Notes: a model not told the origin generated them from the sequence alone. Positions 48,080-62,292 are shown, numbered from the stretch's first letter. The stretch is DNA of 64,000 bases from the human T2T-CHM13v2.0 reference genome, Homo sapiens (GCF_009914755.1 NC_060932.1), one strand, 5' to 3'. Translations and numbers: made by a program.

Positions 48080-50730
48080 AAGAAAAAATTCCATTTGCAA
48101 TAGCATTAAAGAGACATAAGATACTTAGGAATAAATTTAACAAAAGAAGGGTAAAACCTATATTCTGAAAACTATAAAATATTGTTAAAAGAAAATTTAA
48201 AAGATACAAATAAATGGAACAAAAATCCCATGTTCATGGACCACAAGCATTTTTAAACATTATTACGAAGATGATGGTCCCAAATTAGTTTATGCATGAA
48301 CCAAAACAATCTCAAAAAAAAAAAAGTAAAATGATTCATATTTCCCGATTTCAAACTTATCCAAAGAAAGAGTAATAAAGACAGTTTGGTACTGACCCAG
48401 GACAGATATACAGATGAACAAAATGGAATTGGAGAGTCCAGAAATAAACCCATACATCTCTGGTGAAGTGATGTTTGATGAGGATGCCAAGATTATTCAA
48501 GGGGGAAAGACAAGTTCTTTCTTCTCCAAGTATCACTTATTTGTGGCTTTATAGGAAAACTATTTCTGTATCAATTTCACACCAGTCCCTGATCCCTCCC
48601 ACCTTGGTGCCCAAATTGAACCCTCTGAAATTTTATTATATAGATGTCACTACATAAAAATAAAATTATATATCAAAAGTAAGAAAATAAGGGAATTATG
48701 AATGGAAAGATGTTTTAAACAGATAGGACAATTACAGAGTTATACTTAGGCCAAGCACAGTGACTCATGCCTGTAATCCCAGCACTTCGAGAGGCTGAAG
48801 CAGGCAGATCACTTGAGGTCAGGAGTTTGAGAACAGCCTGGCCAACATGGCAAAAACCCATCTCTACTAAAAATACAAAAATTAGCTGGGTGTGGTGGCA
48901 CATGCCTGTAATCCTAGCTACTTGGTAGGCAGAAGCACAAGAATTGCTTGAACCTGGGAGGTGGAGATTTCAATGAGCTAAGAACACACCAGTGCACTCC
49001 AGCCTGGGTGATGGAGTGAGACTCTGTCTCTAAATAAATCAATAACATTATACTTAATATATTATCATGTGCTCTTACCAAATGATGAGCATATCATCAA
49101 AATCTAATGGGAGAATGAAAACGGATCTTGAGAGCTATAAGGAAGAGAATACTCTTAAGCTCCCCACCACTTCTCTACAGTCTGTCATTACTTCTGTCCA
49201 TGCCACTCACTGGACCATACTTACTAGTATATGGAGTCACATGGTTTAGTAATTGCTCAGAGATATGACATCACCAGAGAGATTTAGATTGCATTTAAAT
49301 TATAAAGCTATTTAATATACTAATCCCTAAAAAAAGGTAGTCAATCCATAAAATAAATATCAGCAATTTCATCAGTATAAATGATTTTAAGAAAATAAAA
49401 ACATAATTGAAAGACAAAACTGATTTCAAAACTAAACACCAAGCTACAGTAATTGAGACTGTCTGGTCCTGGCATAGGGATTATATATCAATGGATTACC
49501 ATGGAGAGGTCAGAAATAAACCCATACATTTGAGTTCAATTTATTTTCAACAAGGGTGTCCAGACATTCAATGAGGGAAAATATAATTTTCAATATCAGA
49601 TGCAGGAACAACTGTATAGCCACATGAAAAAGAATGAAGTTGGACCCCTACCTCACACCACGTACATAAATTAACTCAATATGAATCAAAGACCAACATG
49701 TGAGACTGAAACTATAAAGCTCTTAGAATAAAACATAGATGTAAATCTTTGTTGTCTTGGATTAAGCAATAGTTTCTTTGATATGAAAACAAAAACATGG
49801 GCAACAAGAGTAAATGAATTGGACTTCATAAAAGTTAAAAATGTCCTTCAAAGGACACTATCAAGAAAATAAAAAACAATACAAATGATGGGAGGAAAAA
49901 ATATAATATCTGATAAAGGTCTAAGATCCAGAGCATATAAAGAACTCTTACAACTATAAAAATGAAAAGACAAATAATCCAATTTAAAAGTGGGTGAAAG
50001 ATTTGAATAAACAATTCTCCAAAAGAAGATATATAAAATGGCTGATAATAACAGCCAATAATGAAAAGATGCTTGACATCATTAGTCATCAAGGAAATGC
50101 CAATCAGTATCACTATGAGATACTACTTCACACCCACAGAGATAGCTAGAATAAAAAGTTAGATGATAACAAGCTTTGGTGAGAAAGTAGAAAAATCAGA
50201 GCCTTAACTGCTGATAGAAACGCAAATGGTGCAGCCTCTTTAGAAACAGTTTGCAGTTTCTCAAAAAGTTTAACAGAGTGACCATATAATCCAACAATTT
50301 GACTACTAGGAACATATCAAGACAATTGTATAAAAACTTGCATAGCCAAACAATGGAAAACCCAAATGTCCAGAAATTGATGAATGGATAAACAAAATGT
50401 GGCATATCCATACAACAGAATTTTATTGAGCCATGAAGAGAAATGAAATACTAACTCCTGTTATCATATGGATTAATTTTAAAAACATTATACTAAGGCA
50501 AACAAGATCAATACAAAAAGCTGCATATCATCCATATGAATTATATACAAGACAGATGTGAAATGTCCAGAATAGGCAAATTCCTAGAGACAGAAAGCAG
50601 AATGCAGAATAGTGGCTGCCAGAGGCTGGTGATGGGGAATAAAGAGTTACTGCTAATGGGTAGAATATTTCTTTTGGCAATGATGAAAATATTCTAGAAT
50701 TAGATAGTGATAATGATTGCATAATTTATT
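48080..50730 (+). mobile_element. Fragmented L1M/L1MB ORF2 and 3'UTR pieces (48080-48520, 49415-50730)
   Basis: L1 ORF2-like sequence and an L1MB-type 3'UTR (gatgaaaatattctagaattagatagtgataatg). Confidence 0.72.
48749..49042 (+). mobile_element. AluS, full length
   Basis: ggccaagcacagtgactcatgcctgtaatcccagc...; residual TSD ttatactta. Confidence 0.92.
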
Positions 50731-50731
50731 G

Positions 50732-52050
50732 CAGGCATACCTCAGAGATACTGTGGGTTTGGTTCCACTGCAGTAAAGCAAGTATCACAATACAGTGAGT
50801 CATACAATTTTGTTTGGTTTCCCAGCATATAAAAGTTATGTTTACACTATACTGTAGTCTATTATGTGTACAATAGTCTTATGTCTAAAATAACAATGTA
50901 TACATTTTAATTTAAAAAGAATTTTTTGCTGAAAAATGCTAACAATCATCTGAGCCTTCAGGGTGTTGTAAACTTTTTTGCTGGTGGAGGGCCTTGCTTC
51001 AACGTTAGTGGATGCTGACTGATCAGAGTGGTGGTTGCTGAAGGTTGGGTGGCTGTAGTAATTTTTAAAATGAGGCAACAATGAAGTTTGCCACATAGAT
51101 TAACTCTTTCTTTCATAAAAGATTCCTCTGTAGCATGTGATACTGTTTGAAAGCATTTTATCCACAGTAGAACTTCTTTTAAAATTAGAGGCAATCCTCT
51201 CAAATCCTTCCATTGCTTTAACAACTAATTTTGTGTAATATCCTAAATTTTTTCTTGTCATTTCAGCAATGTTCACAGCATCTTTACTCAAAGTAAAATC
51301 ATTTCAAGAAACCACTTTCTTTGCTCATGCCTGAGAAGCAACTCATCATCCATTCCAGTTTTATCCTGAGATTTCAGCATTTCAGTCACATCTTCAGGCT
51401 CCACTTCTAATTCTAATTCTCGTGCTATTTCTACCATATCTGCATTTACTTTCTCTATTGAAGTCTTGAACCCCTCAAAGTCATCTATGACAGTTGGAAT
51501 CAACTTCTTCCGAACTCCTGTTAATGTGGATATTTTGACCTCCTCCCATGAATCACAAATGTTTTTAAGGACATCTACTACAGAACAATGAATGCTGTTC
51601 ACAAGGTTTCAATTCTTTGCCCAGATCTATTAGATGAATCATTATCTCTGGCAGCCATAGCCTCAAAAATACATGGCTTAAAAAATAAGGCTTGAAGGTT
51701 GAAACTACTCTTTGATTCACGGGCTGAAAAACAGATGTTATATTAGCAGTTATGAAAACATTAATATCCATCAGCACTCTTGGGTGACTAGTTTTGCATT
51801 GTCAATGAGCAGTAATATTTTGCTAAAACTTAAAGTCACCAGCTGCATTTGTCCCTAACAAGAGAGTTAGTTTGTCCTCTTAAGCTTTGAAGCCAGGCAT
51901 TGACTTCTCTTCTTTAGCTATGAAAGTTCTAGATGTCGCCTGTTTCCAGTAGAAGGATGTTTCATCTACATTGAAATCTGTTGTTTAGTGTAGCCACTTT
52001 TACCAATCATCTTAGCTAGACCTTCTGGATAACTTGCTGAAACTTCTACA
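50732..52050 (-). mobile_element. Tigger1 DNA transposon, partial (one TIR plus degenerate transposase)
   Basis: TIR caggcatacctcagagata. Transposase remnants KNICDSWEEVKISTLTGV...ARELELEVEPEDVTE. Confidence 0.9.
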
Positions 52051-52429
52051 CAGGCCAAAATTGCTTCTTTACTACTTCCAGAACACCATTTACATCTTTT
52101 TGTTTCTGAGCTTGTTTTACAACCAGTCTATTTGTTAGATGATAAGCAGACATCTAACAAACAGGAAGTCACTCTTCCTACTTTTAAAACTGTAACTTGC
52201 ATTATTCACCACCAATCTTTAACACTCACCAAAATGTAAGCTTCTTGAAAAAAGATCTGTACTTGGTCCATCATTCTATCCACACCCAAACCCAACATCA
52301 CCTACACAAATGGGTTTTTCATAGTAACTTGTACATATCAGGCCCTAAATAAATGTTTGCTGATTGAATAAACTATCACAGAGATTGTCCTTGGGAGGTA
52401 GGAGAGTGGGGTAGAGAGCATGGACAAAG

Positions 52430-52595
52430 ATTCTGGCTCGGTCACTTATAAACTGGATAACCCTGGGCCTCAGATTCTTCTGTTGTGAAACGGAGGTAGT
52501 AAGAGTGTCTTTCTCAAGGGCTGTTGTAAGGATTAAATTAGTTAACACATGGAAAGCACTGAGAACATAACAAGCACTTCATAACTATTAGTATT
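52430..52595 (+). mobile_element. MIR
   Basis: ctgggcctcagattcttctgttgtgaaacggagg...gttgtaaggattaaattagttaac. Confidence 0.75.
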
Positions 52596-53524
52596 ATGGT
52601 CTCCCCAAGACTTAAACACAGTAATGTCTGCAAAGCATCTAGTCCACACTGAATGAATGAGTAACTAAATCTGCTCTACCAGTCATGTTGACATTAATAA
52701 TTCATTGAGACTTTCTTTCTCCTTCCCTCAAATTTATCACCTTCTATGTATAGAAAACATTCTTAAGGTTACTATGGAACTACTCAGTTGGACTGATTAG
52801 CTGTGTTCTCTTCCATGTCTTGTGAATTAACCTCCTTAAGAAGAGTAGCCATGTTTTGTTTTTTGAAAATAATATAATTATTGCTGCTGATGTACTTGTT
52901 CTTGTTTTGTGTGTTAATGAGATAAGCTCCTCTATATTCTCCCACCAAAAAAATGTGTCATGAGTCTGTTGGATGAAACTCTCCTTTTACTGAATTTTTA
53001 ATAGCATATTATTTTGCACTTTTATACACATATAGTTATTTATAAATGTTGAACTAGCACTAGTTTGTTCTCTGCCCAGATAACAAAATTAAATGAGAAA
53101 TATTATCTTGACTCAAAAGATTAATTTAGTAGCATCATCAAATGCAATGTCCAAATTAGCAAGAAATCTAAATGGAGCAATTGCCATTTACTGTGCACTA
53201 TTTTTTTTCTTGTCAATGGGCAAAATCAGGAACCTCTGGATTACAATGTACAGTGTAGCACAGTATCTCTTTTTAGTTTCCATATTCCTACAAGAGGTAT
53301 AACACTAAATTCCTCAAGGCATCATGCCACTTCAGTATAAGTATGTGGAAGAGACAGTGGAGTAAAAGTCGGGGGACAGATTAGACAATTTCTCCCATCT
53401 TATGAACATTTGAGAGAGTTTTCCTTTGCTATTCAGTTTCAATCTGATTGAAAAGAGACTAATTATCTGTTAAAACAATAAATCAATCACATTGTATTGA
53501 TACAGCTCTGAAACCTTGGAAAAA

Positions 53525-54965
53525 ATTAACTCTTGCAGATGACATGATTGTCTATGTAGAAAATTCCTAATAATCAACAACAGACTTCTAGAACAAACAA
53601 GTGATTATAGTAAGGTTGCAGGACATAGGTTAATATACAAAAATCAATTGCTTTCCTATGTACCAGCAATAAACAACTAAAATTTGAAATTAGAAACACA
53701 CCATTTAAAATAGCACTAAAATATGAAATATTTAGGTATAAGTCTAATAAAATATTTACAGGATTTATATGCTGAAAAGAACAAAGCTCTGATGAAAGTT
53801 TGCATTTTCAATTGCATCTTCTTTTGCAGAGTTTTACACACATATAATTATTTACAAATGTTGTCACAGTAATACTCATTTGTTCTCTGTCCAGATAATA
53901 CAATTAAATGATGAAAAAAATTAAAAAAGAGATAGTGCATGATAATGGCTAAGAAGACTCAATATTGTTAAGATTTCAGTAAAAATGTGAGTTCAGACAC
54001 CTCAGCAAAGCAGATATACAAATGGCAAAAAGTATCTGAAAAGATGGTCAACATTGTATGTCATTATGGAATGGAAAATTGAAACAACACTGAGATACTA
54101 TGACAAGCCTATTAAAATGGTTAAAATCTGCAAAACTGATAATACCAAAGGCTGGCGAAGATGGAAGGCATTAGGATCTCATTCATTGCTGGTAAGAATG
54201 CAAAATATTACAGCCACTTTGGAAGAAAGTTTGGCAGTTTTGTACAGAGCTAAACACAGTCTTACCATATGATCCAGCAGTCATGCTTGTAGGTATTTAC
54301 CTGAGTTGAAAACTTATGTCCACACAAAACCCTGCATGTATATGTTTATAGAAGTTTTATTCATAATTTCCAAATATTGGAAGCAACTGTGACACATTTT
54401 TCAATCAGTGAAAAAATAAACAAGTTGTGGTATATCCATTCAATAGACTGTTATCCAGCAATAAGAAAAAATGAAATATCAAACCACAAAAAATCATGGG
54501 GGATGCTTTGATTCACATTGCTAAGTGAAAGAATCCAGTCTAAAGAGGCCACATACAGACCGCATGATTCTAACTATATGACATTCTAAAGAAGGCAAAA
54601 CTACAGAGACATAAACAAATCAGTGGTTACTAGGAGTTCAGGGGAAGAAAGAGAAGGATGAGTCGGTGGATAGGAGATTTTTACCATATGATTTGTATGA
54701 TATGTAATCACGGATATGTGATGGTATACATTTATCAAAACCCATAAAACTATAAAACATAAAGAATGAATCCTAATGTTAACTATGCACTTATGTAATG
54801 TATCAATGCTGGCTCATCAATTGTAATAAATGTGCCATACTGATGTAAGATAATAAGGGAAACAGTGCAGAGAGAGAGAGAGCATATGGGAATTTTCTAC
54901 TTTCTGCTCGAATTTTCTAGAAACCTAAGTTGGCTCTAAGGTATAAAATCTATTAATTAGAAAAG
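53525..54965 (+). mobile_element. Old L1MC/MD fragment with internal deletions
   Basis: ttgcagatgacatgattgtctatgtagaaaa (RT motif) through an L1MC/D-type 3'UTR. Confidence 0.75.
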
Positions 54966-55462
54966 CTTTAACCATCAAAAATAGAAAATTTAACTCATAA
55001 CAAATTATTGATTACACATAGATATAAAATACACACATATAAATAACTATGCATCTACACACAGCCAAATAAAATACACATCTATTCACCATAAGTCTTA
55101 ACTATTTACTCTGTTATTTTCCCACTCTTAATGTAATGCTTCTACAGGGACTAACATGGTAAATGGGAGGTGAGGAAATTTAGGCAGTGATACTGAATTA
55201 TGCTTACAAGAAATTTACTAAAAGGGAAATAGGACTGAAATGAATAGTTGTGAGAATCTTAGAGTCGAGGAAAGAATTATTTTTAAGCTACATAATTATG
55301 TCAGCTATAAAAATATACAGTTAGTAGCTCATTAAATTTTATTCTATAGTTACTTCACTTTCTTGTCAAGAAAGATGAATACTTGATTATAAAACTGCAT
55401 ACCAAAAAGGTTCAAATTTTCCCAATGCATGAAAATGTGAGTAAAACAAAATAATCACATAC

Positions 55463-55599
55463 CAATAATTGATCGATGCTGACCATTAGAACACTCTCAT
55501 ATTGTTTGCCATCTTTACCTTCAATATCACAATCAGATGATGCTACTGGCAACAGAACAAGGATCAGGGGAGGAAGTCCAAAGATATACCTAAAAGAAA
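55463..55599 (-). CDS. IL7: Interleukin-7 coding exon 2 (137 nt; rest of signal peptide and start of mature cytokine [24 protein letters not shown])
   Basis: Minus strand tttag|TTTCTTTTAGGTATATCTTTGGACTTCCTCCCCTGATC...GATCAATTATTG|gtatg, with canonical AG/GT. 10+137=147 nt = 49 codons, matching human IL-7 residues 1-49 as recalled. Confidence 0.97.
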
Positions 55600-57324
55600 C
55601 TAAATTTGACAGTAAATAAGAATGAGCTAAATGTTATATCGTATTGCATTTGATTGTGGGGTTTCAATGGACTGGACCACTAATTTCTAATAATTTTAAA
55701 AATACATCTTGGTTTGGAGATACTACAGGAAGAACCTCAAAAGTTGAACTTATGTAACAACCAAAGTGGAACAGCATTTTGGAGTATAGCGTCCTTTCAC
55801 TTTTTTATTTTGCAATTACTCTTTAGGAAAGTGCAAAACAAGGGTGATGAAATCATAGACTGCTTCTGAAAAACACTCCAGGGTGTTAATCAATTTGAAT
55901 TTATGTTGAACATCCCCATAAGAAAAGGCATATACAGGTAAAGAGGTGCACTACAGTTCGAAGAGTTACATATTGTTGGAATTTTATGATGTACTGCACG
56001 TAATTGTATATTTTTGTAAACCTTGATGGTAGTCCATATGTCTATTTGCTTCTTGGAGGCAACACTGTGGGAGGTTAATCTCCCTGGGATTGCACTGTAA
56101 CTACTGTAAGTGCACTCTTTCTTTTTAATAATGAACCCTGAAGTGTTTACATTCCCAAAAGTCTTACAAAGTTTATGTTTGTATTTTGGGACTACTCTCC
56201 TATCCTTTCACTATCTTCTGTCTCTGAGTCCCCAGAGACCCAGATTCTTTTCAAACACAGCGCTATCCAGCTTCTTGTCATGTTAGAAAAACTCTGTAAA
56301 TAAATTCACATCCTCAGATAGAAACCAATGATTTCTATCTGTTTTTGATAACTCTTCCCAATTAGGAGCAATTGTCTAATCAAAAGGACTGAAATAATGG
56401 TATTATTTCAGGCAGAAAGATGGAAAGCCAGTGGTTCCCACAAACATTAAAATCTGATCATACAGGGACCTATTTCTTCATAAACCTGCCATAGTGTCTT
56501 ATTTGTATCTTTTTGTAAACTCTGAGGCATGTTGACAATGTATTTCCTGTGAATTTCCCAAATGAACTTCAATTGTACTTGAATGCAAGATATTTCACTT
56601 GTGTGCCTTCTCTGATTAAGAGTACAAGCAACACTCCTTCAAACCCAAGGAACTAATATTGTGACAGCCTGAAGACTGTTAGGGATATCATAAAGTTTCC
56701 AGTAACATTGTCATCTATTATATCATGATCTGTCATATAAAACAATCAATAACACCTCCCAATAAATCAAGTGACCCATGTTGTTACAAATAGAGAAAAT
56801 TTTCTGGGTAGCAATTATGAAAACAAACATAAATCTAACTTCTCATCTGCATATGTGACAACATAGTAAGAGAAACAAAAATTGATAATTTTATTTATAC
56901 AAATATATTAATAACTCTGCCACTAAGTGCCTATATGCATGATGAGCATGAATTAACTTAGGAGACAGATAATGATGATGATGCTAGTTACCTTTAGTTG
57001 AGTACCTACCATGTGTCAGGAAATTTATATATAAAATCTCATATATATATATATGATTTATAAATATCCAAAAAGTTCTGCAAGTTAGTCTTTCTGTAAC
57101 ACATACATAGTAGGTGCCAGGTTTGGATGCTAACCTGAATTTGTTGCTTTACCAGGATTCGATTAGAAATGGCCATAATCTATTGATAACATGTAATCAC
57201 ATTTGTCTTCTGAATGAAGTTTTGCCTCTCTCTTCTACTCCTGTTCCTTCAACCTAAAGATCCTCAGTGATCAATTGCTAATTTAAAAAAAATATTTTGG
57301 CAATTAAAAAAATGTACACTCATA

Positions 57325-58045
57325 GATTTAAGGGGGACCAGAGCAGATTTCTTACTAATACATATTTAATATACTGTACAGTGGTGAAGTCTGGGCTTTA
57401 GTGTATCTATCACCTGAATAGTGAACATGGTACCCAATAGGTAATTTTTCAATCCTTATCCCCCTCCTACTCTCCCACCTTTCGAAGTCTCCAATGCCTA
57501 TTATTCCACCCTGTATGTCCATCTGTACCACTGTTTAGCTCCCAGTTATAAGTAAAAACATGCAGCATTTGACTTTCTGAGTCATTTCACTTAGATAATG
57601 GCCTCAAGTTTCATCCATTTTGCTGCAAAAGACGACTTAACTCTTATGGCTGAGTAGTATTCCATGGTATACATATACCACATTTTCTTTTTTTCTCCCT
57701 CTCTTTTTGAGACAGGGTTTCACTCTGCTGCCCAGGCTGGAGTGCAGTGGCATGATCATAGCTCACTGAAGCCTCAAATTCCTAGGTTCAAGCGATCCTC
57801 CTACCTCAGCGTTCTGAGTAGCTAGGACTACAGGGTGCCCCACCATGCCCAGCTAATTTTTTAAAATTTGTTTTTAGCAGACGGCTCTTACTCTTTTGTA
57901 CAGACTGGTCTTGAACTCCTGGGCTCAAGCAATCTTCCTGCCTCAGCCTCCTTAAGTGTCAGAATTACAAGCTGTAATTACAAGCCCGGCCATACCACAT
58001 TTTCTTTATCCAAACCTCTGCTGATGGACATTTGGATGATCAATT
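57325..58045 (-). mobile_element. L1PB-like 3' fragment interrupted by an AluJ (57691-57991)
   Basis: L1PB-type 3'UTR. The Alu is flanked by a perfect 16-bp TSD ataccacattttcttt (57675-57690 / 57992-58007). Confidence 0.85.
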
Positions 58046-58593
58046 GCTAATTATTCACCAGATTCTGACCTTGTAATCAGATTTGTATAGATTGTATGAA
58101 ATCATACTTTTTATTTTCTCTGTCATCTTACAGGGGTCCAAAAGGTATACTTCGGGAGGAGTAGATGATAGAGGAAAAATTATATAACATATAACTTGAA
58201 ATGAGCTTAAAGGAGAATATAATAAAATAATTAAATGCTAGAGTGAAAGGGATACTTTTACCATTATCATAAATATTCCAAAGGTCCACCTTTTGTTTTA
58301 ATACATGAGGTTGTTTTACTTGCTATGAGCATTAGCTGTCTTCTTCACCTCAATTTTCAGTAGTTAAGTGCTCCTCAAATTTAAATCAACCTATTTATTC
58401 ACTGGATGGCATTTTGTGCATTCTTTCCAATGAGGGTTGCTGGAAAATTCAGTCTTTTTGTATATTACACGTACTTTCTCAATTTTAAAACATAATTTGC
58501 CTTGCCTGTTAAGAGTGTTTTCTGTTGCCATTGTTGTCATTGAATAATTAGCCCCAGACAGACTATGGCAATATAAAGCACAGAGGTTTTGGA

Positions 58594-58908
58594 ATTAAAA
58601 TTCTCATAATAATAATTATAATGCATGGCTTCCTGCAGTTTGTTTCAAGAGATTTCACTAGAAGCTTGTTCCATTAAGAGTGCACATAATGTTACTCTTT
58701 ACCCTTTGTCTTTGCCATTTCTTTTGAGAGTTGAAGTAGTTGAGGATCTACTATGTGGTCTCCAACTGTCTTATCTGGTTTGGGTAATTTCATCATATTT
58801 GAGGACCAAAAAGTTGAATAGCAATAAAAACAGACTCTACTTGGGAGGCTGAGGCAGGAGGATTGTTTGAGCCTGGAAGTCAAGGCTGCCATGAGCCATG
58901 ATCTTACC
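58594..58908 (+). repeat. Inverted duplication, derived copy (arm A)
   Basis: Reverse complement of 60603-60917; 315 bp, 8 substitutions and no indels by manual alignment. Confidence 0.95.
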
Positions 58909-59703
58909 GTGAGCCATGGCCGTGAGCCACGATCTACTGAGCCTAGGCTGAGTAGTCAAGTCAAAACTTGAGACTTTTGACTTGCCAAGACAATGGTTTG
59001 TGTGACTGTGTAAATGACACAGCATCTCTTAAGGTCACTTACCTGATTTCTAAAATGAAAACTTCAGACTAAATGATCTTTTTCATCTTGCAGACACCTT
59101 ATTCTAAGAATCTACCTGGTCCTCCAAATGCAGAAACTCTTTAGATCTGAAATTGCCTCACGGACAATGCTGCAAACATACCTAGGGCCTTGGACCCACA
59201 TCTCATAGGTTCCCAGCTCTCCCATTAATGATGTAGCTTGGTAGTTTGGTCCATAATTGAAGACCTTTCTCCTACATCACATAGAGAGTAACATATTAAG
59301 AATGGCTGGTTTGAGAGTGCTTTTGGCATTGTTGTCACACCCACACTCCCCACCATCCTGAACTTTTCATTAGGTTACCGAAAAGATAAACCATAGGAAT
59401 AACGCAAGGCAAGCGTGGCTTGTGGGATTGCCCTTACTTCCCCTGAAGAGGCTGAAATTGGAGAATTTGTTTTCAGTAGGGAATTTGGTTAAACCAGAAG
59501 GAGGTCTGTCTAAAAATTCTTGTTGGTTTTTAATGTAAGCCAAATAATACATTCAATCCTCAGCTGCTTAAGTTATGGGGGTCAAAGTTAACATAAATAG
59601 TTTTCTACAATCCATCAACTCCAGTCTTTATCAGTCTTTAAAACCAGTGTTTACTGAATGTCCATTGCATAGACCTATTTTCACTGATAATTTAATTCCA
59701 TAA

Positions 59704-60113
<410 letters not shown>

Positions 60114-60602
60114 GAAAATTCCTGTACATAATATAGATATGGAATTCAAATCCAAGACTGTCACATTGAAGAGTCTAGAACCTCAGCTTTTAGGCACTGA
60201 ACTACATTGCTTCCTTAAAAAATAACCATATATGTGTAGTCAAGGGGATTGCATAAAAACCCATCTTCCTGTGCATGAACCTCACTAAGGTACTTCCTGG
60301 CCAAACTGTGAAACTGCATCATATGCTTTTATTTCAGAAAAAGAGACTAAATATTTGTTCTTGTTACAGTAGGTTATGTGTCAGGGTTAAAAGCAGAAAA
60401 AAAAGTCACATAGATGAGTGTGAATATGACACGTAAGTTCGTTCTATGAAATGGCCTTTTCCATTTTTTAAAAAAATATTCAAACACTAACGTGATGCAG
60501 TTTGTAATTCTCCTTTATACTTGTTCAGGGTTTCTAATATTAGTTCTCTATTATTATTTTTTGAGACAGGGCATCACTCTGTTGCCTAGGCTGGAGGACA
60601 GT

Positions 60603-60917
60603 GGTAAGATCATGGCTCACGGCAGCCTTGACTTCCAGGCTCAAGCAATCCTCCTGCCTCAGCCTCCCGAGTAGAGTCTATTTTTATTGCTATTCAACTT
60701 TTTGGTCCTCAAATATGATGAAATTACCCAAACCAGATAAGACAGTTGGAGACCACATAGTAGATCCTCAACTACTTCAACTCTCAAAAGAAATGGCAAA
60801 GACAAAGGGTAAAGAGTAACATTATGTGCACTCTTAATGGAACAAGCTTCTAGTGAAATTTCTTGAAACAAACTTCAGGAAGCCATGCATTATAATCATT
60901 ATTATTAGAATTTTAAT
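60603..60917 (-). repeat. Inverted duplication, donor copy (arm B); overlaps an Alu monomer fragment at ~60550-60673
   Basis: Same alignment. Only this copy continues into the rest of the Alu fragment and its A-tail. Confidence 0.95.
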
Positions 60918-62292
60918 ATTTTGTCTGCTAATGAAAACTTATAGCCCATGATTCATATAACTGTGCTTCAGGAAGTAAAGGCTTTTTCTGAAAAATGCAC
61001 ACGCTAGCTTCCTTTTCTCAGTTTACCTTTCTACTTTAGAGCAGAGGTGTTGCAAGGATTAGAACCAAGGGTGATCCAGAAGAAGAAACTGCAGAACTAT
61101 GGGCATTGCAAGGAAAATAGGGTTGTGCTCAATTTTTAGTTTTGTATTAAGCTCCGGGAGGACATTCCTTAGAAGTCCTCCATAATTACGTTGGCTATTC
61201 TTTCCGCTCTCTCTATCTTTGTTTTGTTACTGAGCTGGCACTCCTTGGTTGTGTCAATTCTTGATTCTTTACCCACGAGAGTGGAAAGAAGTCTTGATCT
61301 AACGGAGTAGCCATCAAAAGAAAGAGCAGTCAGTTTCCTATTCCCGCACCCTCCCCCCAGCTGTCTTCTTGCTTGAGGAAGTACTTACTGTAAAGCATTC
61401 CAATTTTCCTAAGCAGATCTTTTCCCCTCACAATCCTTTTTCCTCTTTTTTAATTCCAGTAAGTTTTTTGGCTCTTTCATTGGTCATATATGACTGCCAT
61501 CCGAATCCAACCCTCCTGAATTCTGTCCCTGTCCATTCTAAATCCGTATTCTGCACAAATAAGATATATTAGGTCTCAACACTGGTCTGGAAGTTAGAGT
61601 CACGCCTATTTCATTCTGCCTCCATCAAGAAGCGCCCGTAGGAAAAAATAACAACAACAACAAAAACAAAAACAAAAAAAACCAGAAGCTGGCCTTCCTC
61701 AGCGCCAGCCCCAGGACTGGTTTCCCAGCAATAGGCGCAAGGTACAGCCCTTGCCGGAAACTCCCAGTCTTACTCAGGGGGGAAAAATGGGGTTTTCCGG
61801 AGACCTGTTCCCCTAGGGTTTAAAAGCGCGTCCCGTGGGAGCTTCGCTTTCACTTCTCTAGGGAGTTCTGAGCTGCAAGAGCCCAGCTACTCGCCGAACC
61901 CGGGCCGCCTGCGTGAGTAACTTGGGGCGGCCAGGAGCACGGGAAGGGCGCCAGACAGAGAGCCTTTGGCTGCTTCTGAGACCGGCTGTGGGCTGCCACC
62001 GCTGAGCGGCGCGGAGGCTGCAGCGTTCCCTCTCAGGACAGAAAGCAGGCGTTGGGGACTGCTACTCGCAGCCTGCCAGGGGCAGCAGCCGCCCCAGGTT
62101 CAAGTGGCTATGTGCCAGGATACTCAGGCGCGGCTGTTGGCTGCCCATGGGAGAGCCAGTGCTCTCCGCAGGTCCAAAGTGCAAGGCCGGGCTATTCCCG
62201 GACTTGCCTAGGAGCAGGGGCCCCCAGCGCGTCTGGGATTGCCCCGGCGCGTCGGGCGCGCGAACTTGTGCGCAAGGGAGAAGAGCGCTTAC

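Noticed and set aside
55620-56900. Repeat-poor stretch upstream of exon 2 as a hidden exon or decayed gene
   Set aside because: The track shows no ORF of 60 aa or more, spot translation hit frequent stops, and no homology was recognised. A conserved non-coding role cannot be judged without alignments.
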